Below the pieces are notes generated by a model. The model ran no database searches, was not told the origin of the DNA, and was given only the letters and a program-made list of their open reading frames with translations. Below, in pieces: positions 28,638 to 41,600 of a DNA stretch of 64,000 nucleotides (position 1 is its first letter; every line of letters starts with the position of its first letter). This DNA is from Octopus sinensis. Lineage: Eukaryota. The stretch lies in NCBI RefSeq assembly GCF_006345805.1, contig NC_043011.1, positions 20,968,464-21,032,463 on the forward strand, given 5' to 3'. The translations under genes were made by a program, and so were the position numbers.

Positions 28638-29624
28638 CTGTGTGTATGTGTGTGTATATATTATGTATATATGTTGTATGTATAAGTATTCATCTATCTA
28701 TCTATCCATCTATCTATTTATCTTTCTAAGCAAAGATAACTATATCTATCTATATACATACATATAGACATTTTAAGATCCACAAAAATCAGAATTTAAC
28801 TGCAGCTCTTGGTGGTCCAAATTGGATATTCTATCTATGTGGATATCTTTTCAAAACATTGTCTGGTTTAAAAAGCCACATCAGATGCCATGATGGTGCT
28901 AAGGTGTAAGTACAGGAGGGGGTCAAACTCTGCATAAGGAGTAGACAACCACCATATATATATATATATTATATGTGTATGTATGTATGTGTGTATGTAT
29001 GTATTCTTTTACTATTTTACTTGTTTCAGTCATTTCATTGCACCCATGCTGGAGCATCACCCTAAAGGGATTTTAGTCAAAGAAATTGATCCCATGACTT
29101 ATTCTTTGTAAGCCAACTACTTATTCTCTTGATTCTTTCGCTGAACCACTAAGTTACAGGGACATAAACACACCAGCATTGATCGGTGGAGATCACAGCC
29201 TTAGCCTATACCAGTGTCTCATAACCAGCCCATTTAAAAAGTACCTTTGAATCGTCAGGCAACACGCTGTGCATAAGAAGACTTATTGAGTCAAGTAAAA
29301 TCAAAATCACTATCAGAATCTCAATCAAATTGAAATCAAAATACACTTACATATATCAACACTCATGTATGTATGTACATAGGTATGTATATAGATATAT
29401 ATACAGGGAGAAAGAGAGAACAAACATGCGAATTTAGATATTAAATTTGAAATAGTGATTACAGTGCATTTTCTCATGTATGTATGTTTGTGTATGGCAG
29501 TATGTATGTAGGCATGTGTGTGTGTGTGTATATATGTATATACGCACACCAAACACACACATTTATGTATATATATGTGTGTATATATATAGAGCCATTC
29601 GCACTGAAAGCATATATATAAATG

Positions 29625-29704
<80 letters not shown>

Positions 29705-29851
29705 ATATATACTTATATATATGTATTATATATATACCGGAGTAAACACATAAATGTGAAACAAGGTGGAAAAAAGAGTACTCAAATACCAGTGGTAGAG
29801 TAATATGCTTTAGGTTTTGTTGAATTTTGTGCTGCTTTTAAATAAAGTATA

Positions 29852-29913
<62 letters not shown>

Positions 29914-30048
29914 CTCCACCTGCCTTCGTCTTTTGTTTATTTTCATAAACCTTCCCGTTATATATATATATATATATATAATATATATATATATAAAATA
30001 TATGTACACACACATATATATATATATTATATATATATATAATATATG
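27415..30048. repeat. (TA)n-rich microsatellite fields interspersed with SINE fragments
   Basis: Direct inspection. Confidence 0.9.
28105..28472 (-). mobile_element. SINE-A, internally deleted
   Basis: Collinear; lacks part of the core after gaaggct. Confidence 0.85.
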
Positions 30049-30369
30049 TTAAACTCTCTCACATTCCTTGTCTTGTGAGTTACTTGGTGACCCTGCCAGT
30101 GCTGGCGCCACGTAAAAATACATCCGGTCCACGCTATAAAGTGGCATTTGGAAGGGCATCCAGTTGTAAAAACCCTGCCAAACCAGACAGATTAGCATAG
30201 GGTAGTTTTTCTACCTGGCCAGCTCCTGTGATGGTGATGATGATGATGATGATTGTACCACTCTTCTCCTTTCCTTCTTTCTTTTCCCCCTCTCTTTCTA
30301 TTGATACTATTATTTAAGGAGAGATTATCATTATTAATATTATTGTTATTGCAGTTATTAAGTGAAACC

Positions 30370-31285
30370 CTTTTACCGTTAAGGATATAGTCTGCAGGAG
30401 GTTATTGGTGTCGGAGAAACCAATTCGGATACAATGAGCATTGAAAATAGAGTGGTACCTTGGAATTTGGGGAAATGTTCCTTTCAATGGTTTGACAAAA
30501 TAGGTAAGGAAGGTTACTTTTAATTTGTTTTCCAAATGGAATAATAAACCAAACAGTTTTACAAGGATCATGCGATTTATACGGAGATTTCTCATTAAAA
30601 AGCCTGAATTTTTTTTTAATTTTTACAGAAAATGAGTGGGGAAATACAGTTACCTCCCTTAGACTGTTTATTTTAAAGTTTACCAAAATTAGGTTCTGGC
30701 TATTTCGATATAAGGAGTTATTATCTGGGTTATTACCTATGGGAGAAACATTATTATTATTATTATTATTATTAGTATAACTACTAACAAACAGATTATT
30801 AGAGGTTAAACCAGGATCAAGCGGGTTATAATACTAAATTTGCTCCTTATATCCTGCCTTATATAGAAATTAACATTATTATTGCAAACGTCAATATTGG
30901 TGGATAATTTAGAGATTCTAAGCGATAGATTTTTAACCAATTTTTTTGTTGTATTAGTAGGATGATTGCTAAAAACGCTGATATAATTTAGATTGGTTGA
31001 AGGTTTATGGTATTGGAAATCTGAAGCTATATAAGTTGAGTGTAAGCTGGTTGAAGGTTTATGTATGGGAAATATAAAGCTATTTTTAAGTTGAGTGTAT
31101 TAACCTTTGTTTTATCATCATCAAAGGTAATACTCAGGCCCATATTACTAAGGAATTTAACTAGATTATTTTTAACATTTTGTAATTTTTGATTCGAGAT
31201 ATTTTGGAGATAAAGGAGACAATTGGGATGATATAAACCACTGAGGATATATGGGAATTGGTCAGTCATTTCTAAAACTAAATTC
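30370..31285 (-). mobile_element. Degenerate Penelope-like element, RT/linker coding fragment
   Basis: Minus-strand peptides 'NLVKFLSNMGLSITFDDDKTKVN-TLNL', 'KTVWFIIPFGKQIKSNL' and 'YHSIFNAHCIRIGFSDTNNLLQTI' follow, in order, the typical PLE motifs (GL.IT...VNFLD.TLNL; IIWFNPPF; IFN.NT.KISYSC..N). Cut off by SINE-A at 31289. Confidence 0.75.
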
Positions 31286-31288
31286 AAC

Positions 31289-31453
31289 AGGCGCAGGAGT
31301 GGCTGTGTGGTAAGTAGCTTACTTACCAACCACATGGTTCTGGGTTCAGTCCCACTGCGTGGCACCTTGGGTAACGTGTCTTCTACTATAGCCTCAGGCC
31401 GACCAAAGCCTTGTGAGTGGTTTTGGCAGACGGAAACTGAAAGAAGCCTGTCG

Positions 31454-31504
<51 letters not shown>

Positions 31505-31720
31505 GTGTGTATATGTTTGTGTGTTTGTGTTTGTCCCCCCAACATTGCTTGACAACCAATGCTGGTGTGTTAAACATTCCCATAACTTAGCGGTTCAGTG
31601 AAAGAGACCCACAGAATAAGTACTAGGCTTACAAAGAATAAGTCCTGGGTTCGATTTGTTCGACTAAAGGTGGTGCTCCAGCATGGCTGCAGTCAAATGA
31701 CTGAAACAAGTAAAAGAGTA
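31289..31720 (+). mobile_element. SINE-A, full length
   Basis: aggcgcaggagtggctgtgtggtaag...gggttcagtccc...ctgaaacaagtaaaagagta. Confidence 0.92.
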
Positions 31721-33656
31721 GTGTGTTCTTATCTCATTTGAGGCAACAGAATGTGATTTAGGAAAACAGCTGCTATTTCTAGTAGGTCAAGTGACTATAC
31801 AGAGGCTCCCTCATTTGCTTGTGTTTTTCTATATATATAATATGTAAATGTGGACCTTAGATAGATAAGACGTAAACAAAATTTTTAAAAACTGGTAACA
31901 ATAATCAAACAGTCCTTTGCATTTCTTATTTATAATTGCTACATTTACATACATAACATTAAACTATATTCTTTGAACATTCCTAGCTAAATAATTAATC
32001 AATTGTTTATACTGAACTGGTTAATTAAAGTCCAGAGTTAGATTCAATCAAAGAGTTTAGATATCTAATTGTTTAAGATATTGGACTATCAGCACATGTG
32101 TCTTTGACTTTAATTCCTTGTATCTAGACAAACAGGACATTTGATTACACATGTTTTACTTTACCTACTTCTTGGATGAAAGTACCATTTTTTTTAGGTA
32201 ATGGCACTTCTATCTCTCTCTTTTGGAGAGGCACTGAGCACCTACACGCACACATACACACACGGCAGTAACTTCCGCCTACCGAATTCAATCACAAAGC
32301 TTCGGTCGGCACGGGGCTATAGTAGAAGACACCTACCCAAAGTGCCACGCAGTGGGACTGAACCCGAAACCATATTGCTAGGAAGGAAGCTTCCTAACCA
32401 TGGGTGTGCTTTTGAAGATGAATACATATTACAGACAAATAATTCGGATATGTTTGCCTTTAATCTTTAACTTGTTTTGACATGGAACTGTGTTCATGCT
32501 GGGGCACCACCTTGAATGGTTTATTCAAGCAAACTATAACCCTGGGCTGCCCAATGATTTATGAATGAACTTATGAATTTGATAGACAAAATTTATGAAT
32601 TTGGTAGGCAGAAACTGTGTGGAAGCCATACCTGCCATCTCTGAAGAGCGCAAGGTTAGATAATTGGGCTGTTATCTAACATTCCATTGAACCCCTAGTG
32701 CGAAACTGATTGGTAAAATTGGTTGTAATGGAAATATAATACTGTACACTTAGATTAATATACATATACATTGTGTATATGTGTGTTTTTATTTGTCCAT
32801 TCCCTTGTTTGACAATCAATGATGTATTTTGCTGAACCTAGCAGTTCAGCAAAAGTGACTGACAGAATAAGTACCAAACTTAAAAAAATAAGTACTGACT
32901 TGAATGACTAAATCCAAGCTTCTCTGCCAGTTCCTCAACAATTATGATAGGAGTTTGTTTTACCAGGGTTTGCAGGACATTCTCATTGAGCTCTACAGAT
33001 CTTCCAGGACAAGGCTCATTTTCTAGGCCGTAGTTTCCGGTGGTGGCAATAGAACTATTGCCACCACCATCATCACTAGCAACAATAATTAAGGTGCTGA
33101 CAATGATGATGATGACAATTGAAATATAAAAATCTCTGACAAAGGCTATTTACAACATTTCTAAAAATAGCCCAACAATTGCTGCCTTGGCCAGGGTTAA
33201 GATACAGGACTCTTGACATGTTCAACAAAGCATGACGCCTAAACCAACCAATCAGCTTGAGTAATTCAGTGATGCTATACACTGATTGGTCAGAATACAG
33301 TTTGCAAAACCTAGCAATCTGGAGCCTACACAGCTGTATTTAACGCACAGATTCAATCATCTTGCTACAGTCAAAACTTGTGAAGCATGACTGTCACCAC
33401 TACTACATGAACCTGAAGATTGCAGAATTTAATGCATGAAAGTACTAGTTCAATCAGAATGAACATTTAACATTCTATTATTTTATTTTATTATATTATC
33501 TTATCTCATCATAAGATTGTAAATAAAACGTGAAAATCAGACAAGGTTGGAATTCCTTTTATTAATATATTCTTCTATACACAATCACACACACCCGTAT
33601 ATATATCTATCTATCTATCTATATATATATATATATATATATGCATATATATATAT

Positions 33657-34052
33657 CCCTTTTACTTGTTTCAGTCATTTGACTGTGGCCATACTGGAGC
33701 ACCGCCTTTAGTCAAGTAAATCGACCCCAGGACTTATTCTTTATAAGCCTAGTACTTATTCTATCAGTCTCTTTTGTTGAACTGCTAAGTTATGGGGACG
33801 TAAACACACCAGCATCGGTTGTCAAGCGATGTTGAGGGGACAAACACAGACACAGAAACATATACACACACATATATATACATATATACGACGGGCTTCT
33901 TTCAGTTTCCATCAACCAAATCCACTCACAAGGCTTTGATCGGCCCGAGGCTATAGTAGAAGGCACTTTCCCAAGGTGCCATGCAGTGGGACTGAACCTG
34001 GAACCATGTGGTTCGTAAGCAAGCTACTTACCACACAGCCACTCCTATGCCT
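33657..34052 (-). mobile_element. SINE-A
   Basis: Collinear with the family; a further head fragment lies at ~34561-34725. Confidence 0.9.
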
Positions 34053-34131
34053 ATGGAGCCTGGTACATCCCCCCGGGCTTGCCAGTCCTCATTCAAACCG
34101 CCCAACCCGTGCCAGCATGGAAAGCGGACGT

Positions 34132-34468
34132 TAGACAAAATGATGTGACATGCAGGAGACTGACTGGGAGAGCAATGCCTGTCATTGCCACAGATGGAAG
34201 AAGCAGATTAAGAAGTGGGGAGCCACACTTTTGAGAGAGCATGTATTCTGCATGAAGAACATAAGCGTGCTGCTCAAAAGCGCACTGCTGGTGTAGTGAA
34301 TGGGGAAAGCTTGGTTTGCAATGTTTGCAGTCGTGCATGCTTGTCAAGAGCAGGGCTCATTAGCCATCAATGGAGACACAAATGAAAAACTTTAAGTTAG
34401 TCCTAGAGCGCACAATGCTTCTGAAGGTCAGCAGAGGTCTTCCTTAGTTACGAGTGGACAGCCATCAT
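34132..34468 (+). mobile_element. RTE/BovB-like LINE 3' fragment
   Basis: Encodes CNVCSRACLSRAGLISHQWRH*, a terminal CCHH finger, followed by a short UTR ending ...gagtggacagccatcat. Confidence 0.7.
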
Positions 34469-34929
34469 ATATATATATATGTATGTGTGTGTGTATATAT
34501 ATATATATGTATGTATATGTATATATATATATGTATGTATGTATGTATATGTATATACATACGATAGGTTTCTTTCAGTTTCCATCTATCAAATCCACTC
34601 AGTAGGCTTTGGTTAGCTCATGGCTATAGTAGAAGACTCTTGCCCAAGGTGCCATGCAGTGGGACTGAACCTGGAACCATGTGGTTAGGAAGCAAGCTTT
34701 TTACCACACAGTCATGCCTGCATCTATATTGCTGAAAGAATTGATGCTAAGCATTTTGGCCATTGTGCTAACAATTCTGCCAGCATGCTACCATTTCCAG
34801 TTCTAAAAATTGTTTCTTAGATTGCTATGCTTCTCATAAATGTCAGTAGTTCAATTATTTGGTGAAAAAAATACCACCACAGCAACTTCAGCCATCCAAA
34901 GAACAGGTGTGTTTGCTAGTATACATATA

Positions 34930-35884
34930 TTGGGTTGTCTGGAAAGTTTGTGCCGATTTATAGTAGCTTACCTTTCGACTTATTTTAGAACATGGTTGAG
35001 TCCATAAAATAGGATATGTCTACACCTCCATTTAGAGCACAGTTTAAGCTATCTTTTCATGGAAGAAGGTTTATGTTCCTATAACCTGTTAATTCTGTAA
35101 CCCTTTAAAATGGAAGATAAGACAGTTCATTTTCACCACTTGATGTTTTGGAAACCAGACAAAAACTGCTGCAGCTCGGCTGAGATGTGTTACCCTACCC
35201 TCCATATTCACCAGATATTGCTCCTTCGGATTTCCACTTATTCAGGTCTCTGCAGAATAGTCTTAATGGTAAAAATTTCAATTCCTTGGATGACGTAAAA
35301 TGATGCCTTGATGAATTCTTTGCCATGATGATGGAAGCACTCCGTCGGGGTTACGACGATGAGGGTTCCGGTTGACCCGATCAACGGAACAGCCTGCTCG
35401 TGAAATTAACGTGTAAGTGGCTGAGCACTCCACAGACACGTGTACCCTTAACGTAGTTCTCGGAGATATTCAGCGTGACACAAAAAGTGACAAGGCCGGC
35501 CCTTTGAAATACAGGTACAACAGAAACAGGAAGTAAGAGTGAGAGAAAGTTGTGGTGAAAGAGTACAGCAGGAATCACCACCATCCCCTGCCGGAGCCTC
35601 ATGGAGCTTTAGGTGTTTTCGCTCAATAAACACTCACAATGCCCGGTCTGGGAATCGAAACTGCGATCCTACAACCGCGAGTCCGCTGCCCTAACCACTG
35701 GGCCATTGCGCCTCCATGAAACTCCCTGAATTCTGGGAAGAGGGTATTTTCAAGTTAAAGGAAAGATGGAGACACATTGTGTAACAAAACGATTCATATC
35801 TGGTTGATTAAAAATGTAATGGCAAGTATTTATTGACTTTTTTCTTTCCTTTAAAAATCGGCACAAACTTTTCAGACGACCCAA
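34930..35884 (+). mobile_element. Internally deleted mariner transposon, interrupted by SINE-B
   Basis: TA-flanked ~30 bp TIRs (ttgggttgtctggaaagtttgtgccgattt / aaatcggcacaaacttttcagacgacccaa). The N-terminus MEDKTVHFHHLM joins almost directly to PYSPDIAPSDFHLFRSLQNSL, the mariner YSPDLAPxD motif; the C-terminus GIFKLKERW resumes after the SINE. Confidence 0.9.
35328..35716 (-). mobile_element. SINE-B variant with a different 3' half, inserted in the mariner
   Basis: Same head and agcgaaaacacctaaagctcca core, different tail; ccatga repeated at both junctions. Confidence 0.85.
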
Positions 35885-36335
35885 TAATTTTGACTCAAGG
35901 CCTAAAATTTGGTGGGAAGTGGTTAGTTAATTAGATTGTCCCCTGTGACATGACTGGTATTTTATTTTATCACTTCTGAAATAAGGAAAGGCAAAGTTGA
36001 CATTGGTGGTGTTTGAATTAGAATGTAAAGAGCCAAAACAGATATCTCAAAGTATTTTGTTTGATGTTCTGCCAACCCGGACCCTTAAAAAGGAAATCAT
36101 ATATACAAGTACTTTGACTTTGAGGGTAGGTGGGTCTAATTGATTGCGTTGACCCTGTCACAGAAGGTTGACCTTGGTGGGGATTTGGTTTCTAATATAA
36201 AAACATGCAAGGGCTGGGGTGGGGGGAAAGCATTTAAACTGATTTCGGTATTTGACAACTACTACTACTACTACTGCCGCCACCACCACTACTACTACTA
36301 CTACTACTAATAATAATAATAATAATAATAATAAT

Positions 36336-39300
36336 CAATTCTTTTTTATTGGCCACAAGGGCTAACACGCATGATTACATAAAGGGACAAGACAGGACGA
36401 AAGGTTACAAAGGGTTTTGCCGTTTTTTAAAAACATCGAGTAAAAATCTTTATAACAACTTATAAAATTCAACAATGAAAAACTCCCAAAATGGGAGACG
36501 TCTCGAAATGTTCCCGGTGGAAAAAACCCTACAAAAGCCAACGGGAGCCTGGTCAAAAAAAGGGGGTGTAAGAGAGTCCCCTTTCTTCTCCTTTTACATT
36601 ACCTTTTTCTTTGAAATCACAGGCGAAACCTGAGAACTGGTCCATTTATACAGGCCAGTCTCGCACAATTCACCCACCTTTCATAAAACTTGCTATCGGA
36701 CAGCACTTTCCTCTCTAACCTCATCTTCCTTTTCAAGTGAAACTTGAAAAAGTTGATGAGGCCTTGACCAAGAGGAAAGTGTCTGACTTTAGCCCTTTCA
36801 AACGAGTCCACCACACACGACTTCTTTCGCGCCACAGCCACAAGGCACAAGAAAACGGCCTCGCCCTCCTTGTTAAAGGAGGTCGGCGGGGCAATCTTCA
36901 CTATGGATTCGGGCCGATAGTCGGATCCGTCCTACACGTGACAGTAGCTGTTCGACATAAACCCATATTTCAGCAATACTCGGGCACTGGACGAGTGCGT
37001 GCAGAACGGTTTCGTCGTCCTGGCAACACCTCGGGCAGGCCCGGCTGACGGCACTTCCGTGCCGGTAGAGTTTATCTCGAACAGGCAGAGCCCCTCGGTA
37101 GCACTGCCAGGCGAGAGACCTCTGGAAATTATCCATCGGCCCCGGCCCGAAAGTCCTCCCGAACAGACCGCTCAGTTCGTCGTCTTCAACGCCTAGAGTT
37201 TCCCCCGAGAACGTCGTCGCATTTTTCCTCCACTAACCCTCTATAGAACGCTAGAGTGGAGCTGTAACCGACCGCATTGCCCGCCTGGTGAGGGCGGAGA
37301 GGGCTTGACGGCACTCGAGGTGCCAAGCGCCCTTTCTCGGTCTACGTTTGATCCAGGTCTGCAGCTCCGTCAAAGAGACGAGCTGCGGAAAATCACGTCT
37401 GACAAAAGACGACCACACCTGTTCACCGTCTAGGAAGCGCTTGAGATGCCGCAGCCTGAGCGCATGTCTGCGCAACAGCAACCACGGCATTCCAAGGCCT
37501 CCGTTCAGCGGTCGTTGACAGCAGATGGATCGCCTGACCAGTGGCACCTGACCCTTCCACAAAAAGTCGAAGAGCAGGCGTACCAGCTTGGCCAACCAGC
37601 GGTCGGGACAAGGGACGACGGTCAAGCGGTAATAGATGACGGATGCGATGTACGCATTCGCCACCTCCGCTCGACCTTTCAGGGACAGCTTCCTCTCGGC
37701 CCATTTCTGGGTGAGACGTGCCACCCTGCTCGTCACCTCTCTTCCCAGTTCTTATCCACCTGGAGTCCGGACCGAACCAGACCCCGAGCAGTTTAACGGG
37801 TCCGTCTGTCCAGCGCCCTACGACGCTGTTGGACGGCATGGGCTTGCCTCTCCAGGTGCCCAGTTGCAAGCCCACAGACTTTTCCGCGTTAATCTTTGCC
37901 CCTGTCACCGCTTCGTACTGGTTTAGCGTCTCGCCAATCAGGCCAATGTGCCTGTGGCTCGACACCACCACGGTGACGTCGTCGGCATAAGCAGACACGC
38001 TGTTTCCGCCTCCTAGATCGCGCGGGATGCCCCTCAAAGCCTCCAACTTGCGCAGTAATGGCTCGAGAGTCAAAATGTACAAGAGGGAGGAGAGAGGGCA
38101 TCCTTGGCGGACCGAACGCGAGATGTCGAACGGTTCCGAAAGGTGACCGTTCACCCGTATCACCGAGCAGATGTTGCTGTATAAAGCAGCGATCCACCCG
38201 CGGAAGACTGGACCGAAGCCGGCTGCCTTGAGGACAGCTGCCAGGTACCGATGGTCGACCCTATCGAAGGCTTTACTCTGATCCAAGTTGATCAAAGCCC
38301 CACCCGCGCCAGCGTCGTTACCCACCCTCTCTATGATGTAGCGCATGAGATGGAGGTTGTCGTGTATCGACCTGGTCGGCACGGCGCATGTCTGCGTCCC
38401 GCCGACCAGCTTGTCCACGACAAGCGCCAATCTCTTGGCTAGCACCTTGGCCAAAATCTTCAACTCTGCATTGAGCAGAGTGATGGGCCGGAAATTCCCT
38501 ATAACGTCCCCCTTGTTTGGGTCCTTCTTTAGCAAAGCCACCACCCCTCGACAGACAAAAGCAGGAATTCTCCCGTTTTGCTGCCAGTTGCAGTAGACGT
38601 TTGCCAACAGGTCCGCAAACAAGTCTGGCATTGAAAAGTAAAGCTCGTAGGGCAGACCATCCAACCCGGCGATCTACCTCTCGTGCAACTCTTCATCGCT
38701 TCCTGTACTTCCCAGGCAGATATCGGTCCTTCGCAGCACTCTGCCTCGCTGTCCGAGAGTTGCGGCAGTCCGTCCAGGTACACACCGAAGTCTGTACCGT
38801 TGGTGTCCGTTCCACCGCTCGTCCCAAACAGTTGAGCAAAGTGCCGCTGAAGCACCGTACACATCTGCTTCGGTTGGGTAACCTCGCGCCCGTTCTGGTC
38901 CACCAAAGACCGAATGGTTGCTCTGTTGCCTCGCTTCGCCTCCGCCACGCGGGCCCATCGAGCGGCTCTAGTCCCCTCCCCGCTTAGCGAACGTGCCTTA
39001 GCTCTGACAACGCAGCCTTCGTGTTTGGCGTCGAAGTGTTGGTCGAGGGCCAACCTTGCCGCCAACACGTCGGTCGCGATGCCAGTGTCAAGAGCCTCGT
39101 CTAGTTTCTTAACTAAATCCCGCTCTCTCTTCCTACGTTCAATAGCTAGAGTCTTACTATACCTAATCGACTCTACTCTAATTGCTCTCTTGAGGGCAAA
39201 CCACCAGTTATTGTTGATGATTGCCCCCGTGAGCGCCCGCTTAACTAGTAAACTAATCCGGTCTCTGTAAGCTTTGCACGCCGTTAACGACGCGTTCAGC

Positions 39301-40300
39301 TTCCAGTAGCCGGGTCCCTGTCTATGTAGCCTATCTAAGTCGACCGTACAGATCACTAATTTGTGGTCCGTATATTCGACTAGGTGGAATTGTGGACACC
39401 CTACGCTGTCCTACAAAACACTCTATCTAAGTACGATCTAGACGACCCGATGCGGTTTGTCCAAGTCCACATTGGCACATTCGGGTTGTCTAGTCGAAAC
39501 CTGTCGGACAGCTGAAAGCGGCCGAGTAGGTTGGCGAGGCTCTTGCACCCTCCCCCTCTCCTATCAGACGCTCCCCTGCCCACCCGATCGAAACGTTCGT
39601 CTAAGACAGCGTTCCAATCCCCAACTAGTACTAGAGTGCGTGACGTTCCCAGGAAAACTTCCAGACGTTTGAAATAATCCGACTGCCCTGCTCCTGTCGG
39701 AGCGTAGGCAGCCAGCAGTCTGAAAGCACCGCCGTCACTACCGTCCACGTCGAGGACCACCAACTTACCTTCTGGATCCAAGAAGACTGTTCTTATTTTC
39801 AGGTCCAGGCCTTCCGAAACAACACCGCAGTACCACCACCGCCCGCTCCCGGCCGACACGGAGATAGAAATATCTCGTATCCGCCGAAAAGGGCTGCGAG
39901 TTCCTGCGGGTCGGAGAGCCTGGTTTCACTGATGGCTGCTACATCCACATCATGAAACCTCAGGTCGTTTAACAGGTGACCCGAGGCCTCTCACATTCAA
40001 GCAACCGATTCTAAGATTTGCCATGTTTCAAAAGTTAGGGGAAAAAAAGGAGAAAAAAGGCTCTACTTACTGTTGTTGGTGGTGGGGGTGGCTCCCTTGT
40101 GCTTTTGCACGGGTGCTTTAATAATATTTTTGTAAAGTTTCTGAGAGAAACTTTTCCCTAACGATCCCACATCGTTAGGGAATATTTGTTTTATTTCGTT
40201 GTAAACTGTTTTGTTTATTTTAATTGTGAGAATGTGTGCTGGTGGTGTGTTGTGTGTAGGTATTATGAAATCTGTAATGTTTGTGCTTGTTTTGTTTTTC
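36336..40300 (-). mobile_element. L1/Tx1-clade non-LTR retrotransposon, 5'-truncated (end of probable ORF1, full-length frameshifted ORF2, 3' UTR)
   Basis: GC-rich block flanked on both sides by (AAT)n. An ORF2 with endonuclease, RT and cysteine-rich domains spans 40024-36617. AATAAA lies near the 3' end on the - strand. Confidence 0.93.
36617..40024 (-). pseudogene. LINE ORF2 (APE endonuclease + reverse transcriptase + CCHC zinc knuckle), split by several frameshifts
   Basis: Starts MANLRIGCLNVRGLG at 40024. APE motifs 'AYAP', 'GDWN', 'SYLDR'; 'GPGYWKLN'; RT motifs 'NFRPITLLN', 'DQSKAFDRV', 'RQGCPLS', 'YADD' (37978-37989); 'CPRC...ETVLHALVQC'. Confidence 0.92.
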
Positions 40301-40735
40301 AATAATAATAATAATAATAATCCTTTCTACTATAGGCACAAGGCTTGAAATTTGGGGGAGGGGACTAGTCGATTACATCAACACCCAGTGCTTCACTGAT
40401 ACTTAATTCCTTGACCCCGAAAGGATGAAAGGCAAAGTCGACATCGGCGGAATTTGAACTCGTAATAATAACAACTATTTGAAATAATAATTGTTTCAGA
40501 AGGCCAGCAATTTTAGCGTGAGGGGAAATTGTTGATTACATCGACCTCATTACCGAGCAGTACTTTATTTCATCGACTTCAAAGGCTAAAGTTAGCCCCA
40601 AATAAATTATTTCTTTATTTAACACAAGAATAACACAAATAAAAACAGGACAACACCGCTGCAGGGTAAGATAAATAAGTAAAAAAAGGATTGCGTTGTA
40701 ACATAAGCTTATGTATAATATGGAAAAAATATAAT

Positions 40736-40958
40736 GGATCTTTTCGGTTTGAACGGCAGTTTTTTCTAGCGGTGTCATATGAAATTGTCACCCATAATTA
40801 TGACCCTAGTATCGATCTATTGCATTTCAATCTGTTTTAGGGTTAGGGTTAAGATCCAAAGATGTTTTATAAACACATTCTACCAGTATACGAATTTTAA
40901 AAGTGTTTAGTTACGTGGAAATTATTTTTAAAAACTGCCGTTCAAACCGAAAAGATCC
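40736..40958. mobile_element. MITE with ~29 bp TIRs, internal TTAGGG units and 8 bp TSD
   Basis: ggatcttttcggtttgaacggcagttttt ... aaaaactgccgttcaaaccgaaaagatcc, with aatataat on both sides. Confidence 0.85.
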
Positions 40959-41451
40959 AATATAATATAAAAATAATAGAGATTAATAAGTGGCATTAAT
41001 TTCAAGAGAATTAATTGATATTAACAGGTGGATCTTCGTATATTATCCTGTGACTTGGCCACATCCGAAAAGAATAGATAACCACGTAAATAGGTTCGCT
41101 GAAGTTTCACTGTGACAGAAAGTTTTTCAGTCTAAGGGAAGCAACTCTTACTGTTTTTGCTGTGTCTGGGGAGGGTCATTTTCTTTTTGTCTTATAATGT
41201 AATACACTCCACCGGTAAAATTTCCACATTTCTTATTTTTATTTTCCTAAAATTTTCGTTACGTCTTGCAACCTTTTCAATAGTCTTGACTCTTACTATT
41301 TTGTTAGACGGAAAGTATTTTACTTTACCCAAGGTTTTCAAAGATGTTTTACTCTAACAATCCACATGGAAACAGTGAGTCCATGCTAGGTTGTAACTTT
41401 ACATTTAGGAGTGGAACTTACAAGTCCCTGTAAGTCAGACAGCCTTCTAGT

Positions 41452-41600
41452 TCCAGCAGACAAAAGAAAAAGGTGCTGTCCTGGATGATGGCGAGGGAGA
41501 TGCGGTACTTCAATAGTTACTCTGACTCACAGGGCCCGCACCTGCCAACAGCCATATCCGTCCCAATAGCGGTGAGCAAAGATATAGTCCGGGGGCCAAG
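41452..41600 (-). mobile_element. Second, more decayed CRE-like 3' fragment
   Basis: Reads GPRTISLLTAIGTDMAV...ESE*LLKYRISLAII and is similar at DNA level to 42880-43008. Confidence 0.55.

Noticed and set aside
16415-30015. Many long ORFs (up to 337 aa) rich in Y, I, M, C, V, H and T
   Set aside because: They are translations of TA/CA microsatellites, which rarely contain stop codons, and are open in several frames on both strands.
36737-39672. Plus-strand ORFs overlapping the LINE
   Set aside because: They are antisense frames left open by the high GC content and have no recognisable motifs.
36336-40300. GC-rich island as bacterial contamination or a group II intron
   Set aside because: The APE-RT-CCHC layout is that of a eukaryotic non-LTR retrotransposon.
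40837-40850. TTAGGG repeats as a telomere or fusion relic
   Set aside because: Only about two units, and they are internal to a MITE.
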